Made by a program: the position numbers and the translations under genes. Shown piece after piece: positions 18,853 through 27,771 of a stretch of DNA of 64,000 bases (within the stretch, counting starts at the first letter, position 1; every line of letters begins with the position of its first letter). The notes below the pieces were generated by a model. That model was not told the origin of the DNA. It ran no database searches and saw only the letters and a program-made list of their open reading frames with translations. The stretch is from Cytophagales bacterium (lineage in GTDB: Bacteria > Bacteroidota > Bacteroidia > Cytophagales > Cyclobacteriaceae), in assembly GCA_038320155.1 (NCBI GenBank), contig JBBQDY010000001.1, positions 20 to 64,019 on the forward strand, read 5' to 3'.

Positions 18853-19794
18853 ATGAAAAAATACTTCAGGACGCTGATTCTCTTGATTGGTGGATTGGTT
18901 CTGTCCTATATATCCGTGGCACAAACCCCAACAGACGGTTTAATGATGCCAAAAGGTGATTTATGCTTTTTGCTCAATTATGAGTATGGGCAATTCGATC
19001 ACTATTGGGAGGGAGAGACCCTTCGGAAAAATGGAACCATAGCCAAAGTACAGCGAAGAACGGCATTGGCAATGGCCGCTTACGGGATTTCAAAACGATT
19101 AAATGCGTACGTGGGACTGCCTTATGTGAGTACTAATTCCACGATTCCAAACGGTGGAAAATTTGCTGGGACGAATGGGATCCAAGATCTTATGCTAGGA
19201 CTCAAGTATAGGGTCGTTCACCATAAGGGTGAGAAGGGCCAATGGACTGGTTTCGCTTCAGTTCTATTCGCTACTCCAGTTTCTAATTATCTCTCAGATT
19301 ATCAACCTTACAGCCTAGGTATTGGAGCTCCGCAACTTGCATGGAGAGCTTTGGTAGAATATGAATGGAATAACGGATTCTATTTGAGAGGAAATGGAGG
19401 CCATATCTGGAAAGGTTACACAAAGGCTGAGCGAGAATATTACTATAACAATGGAAGTTATTACACTTCTTGGATGGATGTGCCTAGTGCCTGGACATAC
19501 GAAACGGTAATAGGGAAATGGTTTATAGGCAGATCACTAAGAGCAGAATTGAATTACAACTCATCTTTCTCTACTTCCGGAGATGACATCCGAGCCTATA
19601 ATGCTCCCCAGCCTACCAATAAAGTCAATATGGATCGCGTTGGCGCATTTGCGCAATATTTTTTCAAAAAACCTAAAGGGTTGGGTTTGGTCGCATCTTA
19701 TAGTCGGGTCATTAATGGCAGGAATGCCCCAGAAATGTCCACGGTGAGTGTTGGCGTTACCTATCAGTTTGGTTTGTTTCATCCTAAAAATTAA
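18853..19794 (+). CDS. Outer-membrane beta-barrel protein (transporter-like, possibly the MetA-pathway/phenol-degradation OMP family)
   Basis: 313 aa. Signal peptide ending SVAQ, alternating aromatic beta-strand pattern, and a near-terminal VGVTYQF. The family assignment is tentative. Confidence 0.6.
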   Translation: MKKYFRTLILLIGGLVLSYISVAQTPTDGLMMPKGDLCFLLNYEYGQFDHYWEGETLRKNGTIAKVQRRTALAMAAYGISKRLNAYVGLPYVSTNSTIPNGGKFAGTNGIQDLMLGLKYRVVHHKGEKGQWTGFASVLFATPVSNYLSDYQPYSLGIGAPQLAWRALVEYEWNNGFYLRGNGGHIWKGYTKAEREYYYNNGSYYTSWMDVPSAWTYETVIGKWFIGRSLRAELNYNSSFSTSGDDIRAYNAPQPTNKVNMDRVGAFAQYFFKKPKGLGLVASYSRVINGRNAPEMSTVSVGVTYQFGLFHPKN

Positions 19795-19798
19795 AACC

Positions 19799-21340
19799 AT
19801 GAAAACACTTCACTTACTACTAGCTGTAACCATTGCTGTGGTCACGATGACCAGTTGCAATATGGACTTAGCAACAGAATTAGAATTCGAGAGCTATGCC
19901 TTTTCCGGAATAGATCCAAACGCTGGAAGCTGGAAACCTATTTTAATTAACAGAGGGAGTGATATCTTTCTGAACGCTCCTAAAGCTGAGAATTCCCCGG
20001 AGTTTTTGGCAGAATTGGAGGGGGTGAAATCTAGAATTGTATCCATGTCCAGTGATCAAAAGAAAAATGTGGAACACTGGACTAATAATGCGGTGCTTCG
20101 ATGGAATGAAGTTGCGCTTGGACTTATTGCCAAATACAATTTGATTCCTGGGCCAAATGTTGATGAATCATATTCATTACCTGATCCTGCAAATCCTAAT
20201 GGGCCTCCTGTATTCCCTTTCGCCCATCCGCCTTATGCGAGTAGAGCCTTGGCATATCTTTCTGTGGCGCAATATGATGGGATGATAGCTGCTTGGCATT
20301 ACAAATTTGAATTTAAAAGACCTGCACCTTATCAGGCTGACACTAAAATTCCTCATGCCTATGTTTCAAATAATTTGCCTTCATATCCTTCAGAAGGGGC
20401 CGTGTTGGCGACGGTTTCGAGAAAAATCCTAACTGCCATGTTTCCCCTCGAGGCTGAATACCTCCAGAAGTTGGAGAAGCAACACTTGGAAAGCTTGATT
20501 TTGGCAGGGGAAAATGTGCCAAGCGATCTGGAAGCAGGGAGAAAAATAGGAGAAGAGATAGCTGGAATTGCTTTGGCCAGAGCTTCTACTGATGGGATGA
20601 AATATGCTCAGGCCCCCAAGGCAGTTTCCGATTCCCTACGAAAGGCAGCATTTGATCGATTTGGGTGGCAATGGGAGAACTTAGAAAGCCCTGTCCGTCC
20701 GGTTGGGTTGACACCGCTTTTTGGAAAAGTGAAGATGTGGAGTGTCCCAAATGTAGAGTCCACCAGATCAGTTATGCCGCCGGTACCCGGATCTGAAGCA
20801 TTCAAAAATGATGTAAAAATCTTAATGGATTACGCGGCTAATGTGACACAGGAACGTCGAAGAATTGCCAATTTCTGGCAAGATGGCCTAGGCACTTATA
20901 CACCTCCCGGACACTGGAATGATATAGCTGGGGAATTTATAATCAAATACAAGCTTAATTCTATTCGAACTGCCCGAGCTTTTGCTTATATGAATATGGC
21001 TATCATGGACGGAGGAATTAGCTGCTGGGATACCAAGTACTATTATTACTATCCTAGACCTATCCAGATGATCAAGAATTTTGAAACTATTGCAGGTACA
21101 CCAAATTTTCCAAGCTATAGTTCTGGGCATGCAGTATTTTCGGCTGCTGCGGCAGAGGTGTTATCCTATTTATTTCCTCAAGATAGAGGTGTTTTCCAAG
21201 ATTGGGCCGAAGAAGCTGCTATTTCTAGAGTTTACGGCGGGATTCACTGGACTTTTGATGCTACGGTTGGCAGTGCGCAGGGAAGAAATGTAGCACAATA
21301 CTCAATCGACGTTGCCAAAATGGATGGTGCAGACAAATGA
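19799..21340 (+). CDS. Lipoprotein of the PAP2 / vanadium-dependent haloperoxidase superfamily
   Basis: ATG at 19799 (MKTLHLLLAVTIAVVTMTSC lipobox). The complete tripartite motif is present: K-x6-RP (KYYYYYPRP), SGH (PSYSSGH) and SR-x5-H-x3-D (SRVYGGIHWTFD). Large helical N-terminal region. Confidence 0.75.
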   Translation: MKTLHLLLAVTIAVVTMTSCNMDLATELEFESYAFSGIDPNAGSWKPILINRGSDIFLNAPKAENSPEFLAELEGVKSRIVSMSSDQKKNVEHWTNNAVLRWNEVALGLIAKYNLIPGPNVDESYSLPDPANPNGPPVFPFAHPPYASRALAYLSVAQYDGMIAAWHYKFEFKRPAPYQADTKIPHAYVSNNLPSYPSEGAVLATVSRKILTAMFPLEAEYLQKLEKQHLESLILAGENVPSDLEAGRKIGEEIAGIALARASTDGMKYAQAPKAVSDSLRKAAFDRFGWQWENLESPVRPVGLTPLFGKVKMWSVPNVESTRSVMPPVPGSEAFKNDVKILMDYAANVTQERRRIANFWQDGLGTYTPPGHWNDIAGEFIIKYKLNSIRTARAFAYMNMAIMDGGISCWDTKYYYYYPRPIQMIKNFETIAGTPNFPSYSSGHAVFSAAAAEVLSYLFPQDRGVFQDWAEEAAISRVYGGIHWTFDATVGSAQGRNVAQYSIDVAKMDGADK

Positions 21341-21430
21341 CCGTTGGAAGCCTAACGTCACTTTCGAAAAATCTTTCCTGCCTGGCTTCGTAATTTCTAA
21401 ACAGATTTTATCTGGCCGAGAAAGTAACAA

Positions 21431-21462
21431 AAGTCAAAGAACCTTTACGGGTTCTTTGACTT
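21431..21462 (+). terminator. 13-bp stem terminator for the haloperoxidase-like gene, embedded in the 3' end of convergent cstA
   Basis: aagtcaaagaacc (21431-43) pairs with ggttctttgactt (21450-62), followed by tctttctttaggcttttt. It overlaps the last 9 codons of cstA. Confidence 0.55.
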
Positions 21463-23068
21463 CTTTCTTTAGGCTTTTTGTCGCCAAAACCATTAAAGAA
21501 ATAGCTAAAACAAATAGTAATGCTGCAATTACTGAAAGTACATAAACTTCTTCCTGGAAATTTTTCCAGGCAAATAGTCCTAAGGAAGCCAAAGTCACCG
21601 TGAACATGAAAAACATCGGGATAGTCACGAAAAGTGCATTGATCTTTTGCTTGATCAACCAAACCGCGATGGTCAATAATGCCAAAGCCGCCAGTAACTG
21701 ATTGGCTGAACCGAAAATTGGCCAAAGCGTGGTGAACTCCCCTGAGGCCAGCAGTAAAATCGAAAAGACCACTACTATTCCCGTAGATGCAAATCTATTT
21801 TTTGCTAAAAACTGGGCAGAAGCTTGGGGAACGTCCTCGAAGTACTCTTGAAGAGTAAATCTGGCTAATCGAGTGCAGGTGTCCAAAGTGGTCAATGCAA
21901 AGGCAGAGACCGTCAAGGCTACAAAGCCAACAGCAAACTGCTCCGAAATACCAAGCGAGGCGATCATTCCACCAAGCCCAGTTGAGAATAAGGATACCGG
22001 TCCTTCGCCTGCTAGTCGGGATACGTAATCACCTTTGGTCAAGACTACCACAGCTCCCACAGAAATGATGGCAAGGAAAGATTCAATCAACATTCCCCCA
22101 AAACCCACAACTTTCGCGTCGGACTCTTTGTCTAACTGTTTGGAAGTTGTACCTGAGGCGACTAGCGAATGAAAGCCACTAATTGCACCGCATGCAATCG
22201 TCACAAATAAGACAGGAAATATATAGCCCAGATTTTCATCGGTAAAAGTAATTTCATTAGACATTTCTATCGTTGGGTTCGCTACAAATACCCCCAGTAC
22301 AGCGGCTATGATCAATCCATACAGTAGAAAACTGTTCAGGTAATCTCTTGGCTGAAGCAGCATACTTACAGGAGTGACAGAAGCGATGAATGCATAACCC
22401 AACAGTGCTATAATCCAGATTTTATAGTCGAGTTCAAAAGGAAACTGCATTCCGAGATATACGAAATAGTACATCAAAACTACCCCTACAATGCTCAGAA
22501 GGATAAAAGATATTTTTTTACTTCCAATCAACTTGTTCATTACCCCAAAGGCAATTGCAAGCAGAATAAATAAAATTGAAGCTGAGCCTACACCTGGATT
22601 ACTGACAAAGGTTTTGGCAATAATGTCTGAAAAAACTCCAATGACTAGGATCAAAGTAGAAAAGCTGAAAACAATAAAAAGCTGCTTGCCCCGTAGTCCG
22701 ATCTGATTTCGGATGATTACTCCTATTGATTTACCATCGGTCTTGAGTGAGGCCGCCATGCTTCCAAGATCGTGAACTGCTCCAAAAAATATTCCTCCGA
22801 CCAAGATCCAAATGACAGCAGGAATCCAACCAAAAGTCACGGCGATAATAGGCCCTACAATCGGACCGGCACCAGCAATCGAAGCAAAATGATGCCCCAA
22901 AACCACTATCGGTTTACTTGGCTCATAGTCTATTCCATCTCGATGGGTATGCGATGGTGCCGGTTTTTTATCATTCAAACCAAATTTTTTATAGACAAAA
23001 TTTCCATAAAATCGGTAAGCTAGGAGCAGGATAACTCCGGATATTGAGAGAAGTAATGCTAAACTCAT
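21434..23068 (-). CDS. cstA: Carbon starvation protein CstA (peptide/pyruvate transporter family)
   Basis: 544 aa polytopic protein. The N-terminus YRFYGNFV...LGHHFASIAGAGPIVGP is characteristic of CstA. Confidence 0.9.
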   Translation of the reverse strand: MSLALLLSISGVILLLAYRFYGNFVYKKFGLNDKKPAPSHTHRDGIDYEPSKPIVVLGHHFASIAGAGPIVGPIIAVTFGWIPAVIWILVGGIFFGAVHDLGSMAASLKTDGKSIGVIIRNQIGLRGKQLFIVFSFSTLILVIGVFSDIIAKTFVSNPGVGSASILFILLAIAFGVMNKLIGSKKISFILLSIVGVVLMYYFVYLGMQFPFELDYKIWIIALLGYAFIASVTPVSMLLQPRDYLNSFLLYGLIIAAVLGVFVANPTIEMSNEITFTDENLGYIFPVLFVTIACGAISGFHSLVASGTTSKQLDKESDAKVVGFGGMLIESFLAIISVGAVVVLTKGDYVSRLAGEGPVSLFSTGLGGMIASLGISEQFAVGFVALTVSAFALTTLDTCTRLARFTLQEYFEDVPQASAQFLAKNRFASTGIVVVFSILLLASGEFTTLWPIFGSANQLLAALALLTIAVWLIKQKINALFVTIPMFFMFTVTLASLGLFAWKNFQEEVYVLSVIAALLFVLAISLMVLATKSLKKEVKEPVKVL

Positions 23069-23267
23069 GGTTTAAATTTTGGGCAATTGATTAGAATTGA
23101 AAATTAATTCCGTGCGCAGTTTTGCTTGAAGGTAAGCAAAACTCCCTGCTGATATTTTCTTAATACAGGAATTCTAGAGGGGAATAAGGTTCAATTCGCT
23201 AAATTCAAACTTTTCTCGATCCAAACAAATATTTCGAGAGGCTTCAATCAAGCGCTCTATTCCTGTG

Positions 23268-23275
23268 TACCTTTG
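23268..23275 (+). promoter_or_regulatory. -7 box TACCTTTG immediately upstream of the NTAQ1-like gene
   Basis: Perfect TAnnTTTG ending 10 nt before the ATG at 23285. This implies a very short leader or a leaderless mRNA. Confidence 0.4.
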
Positions 23276-23284
23276 TCGGGATAA

Positions 23285-23821
23285 ATGATAATTAAAGATT
23301 TCAACTATTCCGCAAATTTCTGCGAAGAAAATATTTGGCATTTATGCCAAAATCAAGAACTAGTGGGCTTTTCAAAAAAAGTCCTTATCGTTTCCAATCC
23401 CTCAAAAAATTGTCCTTTTAGATTTCAAAAATCGATAAATAATGACGAAGTAGTTTGGTGGAATTACCATGTAATTATGTTAGCCTTCACTACTGAGTTA
23501 AGTTTTGTTTATGATTTTGACTCCACTTTGCCAATCCCTATTACCGCTAAGGAATATTTTGAATTGACTTTTGAAAAAAAGGATCATTTAAAAGAAGGCG
23601 ATTTGCCTTTATTCAAATCGATAGATGCGAGAGATTACATTGAATCCTTTTTTTCCGACAGGAGCCACATGAAAGATGCAGATGGGAATTGGTTGTCCAG
23701 TCCACCAAACTGGCAGATCATTGCGAAAAACAAGAATCTACCACTGATCAAATTGCAGGATTTCTCAGGCTCCAGTGAGCAAAAGATTTATAGCCTCGAA
23801 GAGATGAAAGTACTTATTTAA
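23285..23821 (+). CDS. Protein N-terminal glutamine amidohydrolase (NTAQ1 / WDYHV1 family) homologue
   Basis: 178 aa. FCEENIWHLC, VWWNYHV, FVYDFDS and FFSDRSHMKDADGNW correspond to the human NTAQ1 segments CYCEENIWKLC, VIWDYHV, FIYDLDT and FASDRSHMKDSSGNW. The human sequence is recalled from memory. Confidence 0.8.
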   Translation: MIIKDFNYSANFCEENIWHLCQNQELVGFSKKVLIVSNPSKNCPFRFQKSINNDEVVWWNYHVIMLAFTTELSFVYDFDSTLPIPITAKEYFELTFEKKDHLKEGDLPLFKSIDARDYIESFFSDRSHMKDADGNWLSSPPNWQIIAKNKNLPLIKLQDFSGSSEQKIYSLEEMKVLI

Positions 23822-23986
23822 GAGATTCTGGGTTGGATTTAAGAATTTTTAGATCAAACTGCCCCCTTAATTTAAATGCGAATTAAAGTTTACCCAATAA
23901 AATCAATGAGGCAAATTGGCTCGGAAACTGACATTTTATCCAATCGAGTCCATTTTACACTGATTTTATTTACCGGATATATAGGC

Positions 23987-23994
23987 TAAATTTG
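23987..23994 (+). promoter_or_regulatory. -7 box TAAATTTG for accD
   Basis: Perfect TAnnTTTG, 37 nt upstream of the ATG at 24031. Confidence 0.4.
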
Positions 23995-24030
23995 TAACCT
24001 TTGGTTTTTCAAAAAAAATAGAAACTCAAT

Positions 24031-24873
24031 ATGGCTTGGTTTAAGAGAACAGATAAAGGTATCAAAACATCTACTGCAGATAAGAAAGATGCTCCTGATG
24101 GCCTTTGGTTTAAAACCCCAAATGGGAGTATTATTCATACCAGAGAACTGAAAAACAATTCCTTTGTCTGCCCCGATGACGAATTTCATGTCAAAATAGG
24201 CTCAAAGGAATACTTTGAAATCCTGTTTGATCAGAATAAATTCAAGGAACTGGACGCAAAAATGAAATCCGGGGATCCTTTGAAGTTCACCGACACCAAA
24301 CCATACGCTGCGCGAATAGTAGATACAATCGAAAAAACAGAACTGAATGATGCCGTTAGGACAGGAGTAGGCAAAATGAATGGGTTAGATATTGTAGTCT
24401 GTTGTATGGATTTCAATTTCATTGGCGGATCCATGGGTTCTGTAGTCGGAGAAAAAATAGCTCGGGGCATAGACCATGCTCTGAAAAATAAAATTCCTTT
24501 CTTGATGATCTCCAAATCGGGGGGAGCAAGAATGATGGAAGCTGGCTTTTCATTAATGCAAATGGCTAAAACCTCAGCCAAACTCGCCTTGCTCGACCAA
24601 GCCGGAATCCCCTATATCTCACTGCTTACTGATCCTACAACAGGTGGTGTAACGGCCTCTTATGCAATGCTTGGCGATTTTAATATCGCAGAGCCCGGAG
24701 CGTTAATCGGATTTGCCGGACCAAGAGTAATTCGTGAAACAATTGGAAAAGATTTGCCTAAAGGCTTCCAGAGTTCTGAGTTCGTTTTGGAACACGGATT
24801 TCTTGATTTCATCATCGATCGAAGACAGTTGAAATCCAGGCTGACCACTTTATTAAACCTCTTGAACAATTAA
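24031..24873 (+). CDS. accD: Acetyl-CoA carboxylase carboxyltransferase beta subunit
   Basis: 280 aa. MAWFKR N-terminus, [22 protein letters not shown]-like [10 protein letters not shown]. Confidence 0.93.
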   Translation: MAWFKRTDKGIKTSTADKKDAPDGLWFKTPNGSIIHTRELKNNSFVCPDDEFHVKIGSKEYFEILFDQNKFKELDAKMKSGDPLKFTDTKPYAARIVDTIEKTELNDAVRTGVGKMNGLDIVVCCMDFNFIGGSMGSVVGEKIARGIDHALKNKIPFLMISKSGGARMMEAGFSLMQMAKTSAKLALLDQAGIPYISLLTDPTTGGVTASYAMLGDFNIAEPGALIGFAGPRVIRETIGKDLPKGFQSSEFVLEHGFLDFIIDRRQLKSRLTTLLNLLNN

Positions 24874-24950
24874 TCAGTTACCCTATTAGACTTGTTCAAG
24901 AATGGGGGCAAATTTGATCGAGAATTTGGCCTGAATTAGTGATTTATAAA

Positions 24951-24958
24951 TATATTTG
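24951..24958 (+). promoter_or_regulatory. -7 box TATATTTG for nqrF
   Basis: Perfect TAnnTTTG, 49 nt upstream of the ATG at 25007. It overlaps the TTG start (24956) used in the ORF track, which argues against that extended start. Confidence 0.4.
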
Positions 24959-25006
24959 TGCTCCCATATCGGGACCAATTCCTTAGAAAAATTAAACCAA
25001 AATTTC

Positions 25007-26311
25007 ATGGGTTCTGTAATTATTACATCCATTGTAGCTTTTACCGTTATCATATTGCTGCTGGTTTTCATTCTCCTCTTTGCACAATCAAAGCTTGTTG
25101 CATCTGGAGATGTGAGTATCATTGTCAATGGGGACACGAGTTCTCCAATCGTGACTGCAGCCGGAACGACGCTTCTTTCTACCCTAGGAGGTCAGAAAAT
25201 CTTCCTCCCATCCGCATGTGGTGGAGGCGGTACCTGCGCGATGTGTAAGTGTATCGTAGAAGAGGGCGGGGGAGAAGTACTTCCAACCGAGATAGGCCAT
25301 CTAAGCCGTGCTGAGCAGCAGAGCAACGTTCGATTGGCATGTCAGGTGAAAGTGAAGAATGATATGAAGATTCGTGTTCCAGAGGAAATCTTCGGTATTA
25401 AGAAGTGGGAGTGCGAAGTAATCTCGAACTACAACGTTTCTACTTTCATCAAAGAATTTAAAGTGAAGCTTCCTGAGGGAGAAACGCTTGATTTCGAATC
25501 TGGAGGATACATTCAGATTGACGTTCCGGCGATCACTGTGAATTTCAAAGGCATGGATATCACTCCGCATCCGGATTTGGGTCACCCAGAGGATGTTTAC
25601 CAAAGTGACTGGGATAAATTTGGACTTTGGAATTTGGTTATGAAAAACGACGAGGAACTATTCCGAGCGTATTCTATGGCCAACCACCCTGCAGAAGGTA
25701 ACATAGTAATGTTGACAATTCGTATTGCTACTCCACCTTGGGATAGGGCGAATAATAGATGGATGGACGTCAATCCAGGAGTATGTTCCTCATTTGTTTT
25801 TGGCAGAAATCCGGGAGACAAAGTGATGATATCGGGTCCTTATGGTGAATTCCATATCAATCCTACTCAACGAGAAATGATTTATATCGGTGGTGGCGCA
25901 GGAATGGCTCCATTAAGATCACACATATTTCATCTTTTCCATACAGAGAAGACAGATCGAAAAGTTTCCTATTGGTATGGTGGTAGATCTAAGAAGGAGC
26001 TATTCTATACGCCTCAATTCAGAGATATCGAAAAAGATTTCCCGAACTTCCAATTCAACATTGGTCTTTCTGAGCCTCTTCCTGAGGATAATTGGAAGAT
26101 CAAAAAGTCGCTTGAAGATAATGAGGCAGATGGTTATGTAGGATTCATTCATCAGGTGCTTTATGATAATTATTTGAAGAATCATCCTGAGCCAGATGAA
26201 GTGGAATACTACCTATGTGGACCTCCTTTGATGAATGCAGCAGTTTTGAAACTCCTGGATGATCTGGGAATTCCTCAGGAAAATATCCGATTTGATGATT
26301 TCGGAGGATAA
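25007..26311 (+). CDS. nqrF: Na+-translocating NADH:quinone oxidoreductase subunit F
   Basis: N-terminal TM, 2Fe-2S motif [15 protein letters not shown] motif RAYSMAN, and an NAD-binding C-terminus ending FDDFGG. Confidence 0.9.
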   Translation: MGSVIITSIVAFTVIILLLVFILLFAQSKLVASGDVSIIVNGDTSSPIVTAAGTTLLSTLGGQKIFLPSACGGGGTCAMCKCIVEEGGGEVLPTEIGHLSRAEQQSNVRLACQVKVKNDMKIRVPEEIFGIKKWECEVISNYNVSTFIKEFKVKLPEGETLDFESGGYIQIDVPAITVNFKGMDITPHPDLGHPEDVYQSDWDKFGLWNLVMKNDEELFRAYSMANHPAEGNIVMLTIRIATPPWDRANNRWMDVNPGVCSSFVFGRNPGDKVMISGPYGEFHINPTQREMIYIGGGAGMAPLRSHIFHLFHTEKTDRKVSYWYGGRSKKELFYTPQFRDIEKDFPNFQFNIGLSEPLPEDNWKIKKSLEDNEADGYVGFIHQVLYDNYLKNHPEPDEVEYYLCGPPLMNAAVLKLLDDLGIPQENIRFDDFGG

Positions 26312-26322
26312 TCAAAAATAAG

Positions 26323-26345
26323 ATCCCGCTCAGGCGGGATTTTTT
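26323..26345 (+). terminator. Intrinsic terminator after nqrF
   Basis: atcccgc pairs with gcgggat, loop tcag, followed by T5. Confidence 0.8.
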
Positions 26346-26392
26346 ATTTAAGAACCATTTTTGATTATTTTTACCTCACACCTAAGTCCAGC

Positions 26393-27544
26393 ATGACCAT
26401 CCAATCCTATTTTGATCCAGTACCCGAATACCTTTGGCACAAAAAATTTTCAGAGAGTTCCTTTTTCAAACAAATTCATTTTTTTGGCGAAGATTTTCCG
26501 GACCTGAAAGGAGTTCAAATCGCCTTGGTAGGTTTAAAGGAAAATAGAGGAGCTTCCAAAATAGAAAGTGCAAACCGAGGAAGTAACGAGATCCGCGAGA
26601 AACTTTACGAGCTCAAAAAAGGACTTGGTTCCTATCGAATTGCAGATCTAGGCGATTTGATTTCTGGTGAAACTCGGGAAGAAACCTATGACCGGATGAA
26701 AGAAGTTGGAGGACAACTGATGAAAAATCAGATTCTGCCTATTTATTTTGGAGGGTCACATGACCTAGACTTTGGTCAATATCTTTCCTATCAAAAGATG
26801 AAAAAGCTGGTCAGTCTCTTGACCGTAGATGCGAAGTTTGATATGGAGGAGAATGGACCCGCTACGGAGCAGCACACCCAGGATATAATTTTACATCAGC
26901 CTAATTTCCTGTTCTCTTATTCCCATCTTGGCTACCAAAGTTTTTTGGTAGATCCTACCTTGATTAATGTACTGGAGAAGTTGTATTTCGAACACGTCAG
27001 ATTAGGCGAGCTTAGAGCTGAGTTTAAAGAGGTGGAGCCTTTGATCCGAAACGCTGACTTATTGAGCTTTGATCTGAATGCCATCCAATCTGCAGACGCA
27101 CCTGGCTCAATGGATCCGCAGCCTTTCGGGCTTACAGCGGAGGAAGCTTGCCAAATTTGTTGGTTTGCAGGAACGAATGAAAAGTTGAGTTCTTTTGGAG
27201 TATATGGCTACGAACCTTATTACGATGATGCAGTCAACAAAACTGCAAAAGTGATTTCCGTGATGATTTGGTATTTTATCGAGGGTTTTTATTCCAGGAA
27301 GGATAGTCTTTCCTTCAAAAGCAGCGATTACATCAAATACACTGTTTCCTTGGATACTAAGCCAAGTACCTTGGTTTTCTATAAGAGTAAGCGCAGTGGC
27401 AAGTGGTGGCTTGAAGTGCCAAGCCAAGATAAAGAGCGATTTGATCGGATGAGTACCGTTCCTTGCAGCTATGCAGATTATCAGATTGCTCAAAAAGGTG
27501 AGATTCCGGAGCGGTGGATCAATGCTCAGATCAAAATGCTCTAA
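26393..27544 (+). CDS. Arginase/formimidoylglutamase-fold protein with apparently degenerate metal-ligand motifs
   Basis: 383 aa. GGSHDLD where arginases have GGDHS. VDAKFD where they have DAHxD. SFDLNAIQSADAPG where they have SxDxDxxDP. Followed by GLTAEEA. Motifs were aligned by eye. Confidence 0.65.
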   Translation: MTIQSYFDPVPEYLWHKKFSESSFFKQIHFFGEDFPDLKGVQIALVGLKENRGASKIESANRGSNEIREKLYELKKGLGSYRIADLGDLISGETREETYDRMKEVGGQLMKNQILPIYFGGSHDLDFGQYLSYQKMKKLVSLLTVDAKFDMEENGPATEQHTQDIILHQPNFLFSYSHLGYQSFLVDPTLINVLEKLYFEHVRLGELRAEFKEVEPLIRNADLLSFDLNAIQSADAPGSMDPQPFGLTAEEACQICWFAGTNEKLSSFGVYGYEPYYDDAVNKTAKVISVMIWYFIEGFYSRKDSLSFKSSDYIKYTVSLDTKPSTLVFYKSKRSGKWWLEVPSQDKERFDRMSTVPCSYADYQIAQKGEIPERWINAQIKML

Positions 27545-27771
27545 TGAAAGTGTACACCAAGCAACAGCTTGCGCTGAGAAACGGGCAAGACAAGCCTGAA
27601 ATTTGGGTGGCTTATCGGGGCATAATTTATGATCTAACCGATTCTAGGATGTGGAGAAATGGAAAGCATTACGAGCATTGGGCTGGTCAAGACTTGACAG
27701 AAGAATTGCCCGACGCACCCCATACTGAAAAAGTTTTCGAAAAATTCATGCCCATTGGGCATCTCGCATAG
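27544..27771 (+). CDS. Soluble cytochrome b5-like heme-binding domain protein (75 aa)
   Basis: The ATG at 27544 shares a base with the upstream TAA. IYDLTD...HWAGQDLTEEL...APH follows the b5 pattern YDvT..HPGG..G.DaT..H, with both axial His present. Confidence 0.7.
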   Translation: MKVYTKQQLALRNGQDKPEIWVAYRGIIYDLTDSRMWRNGKHYEHWAGQDLTEELPDAPHTEKVFEKFMPIGHLA

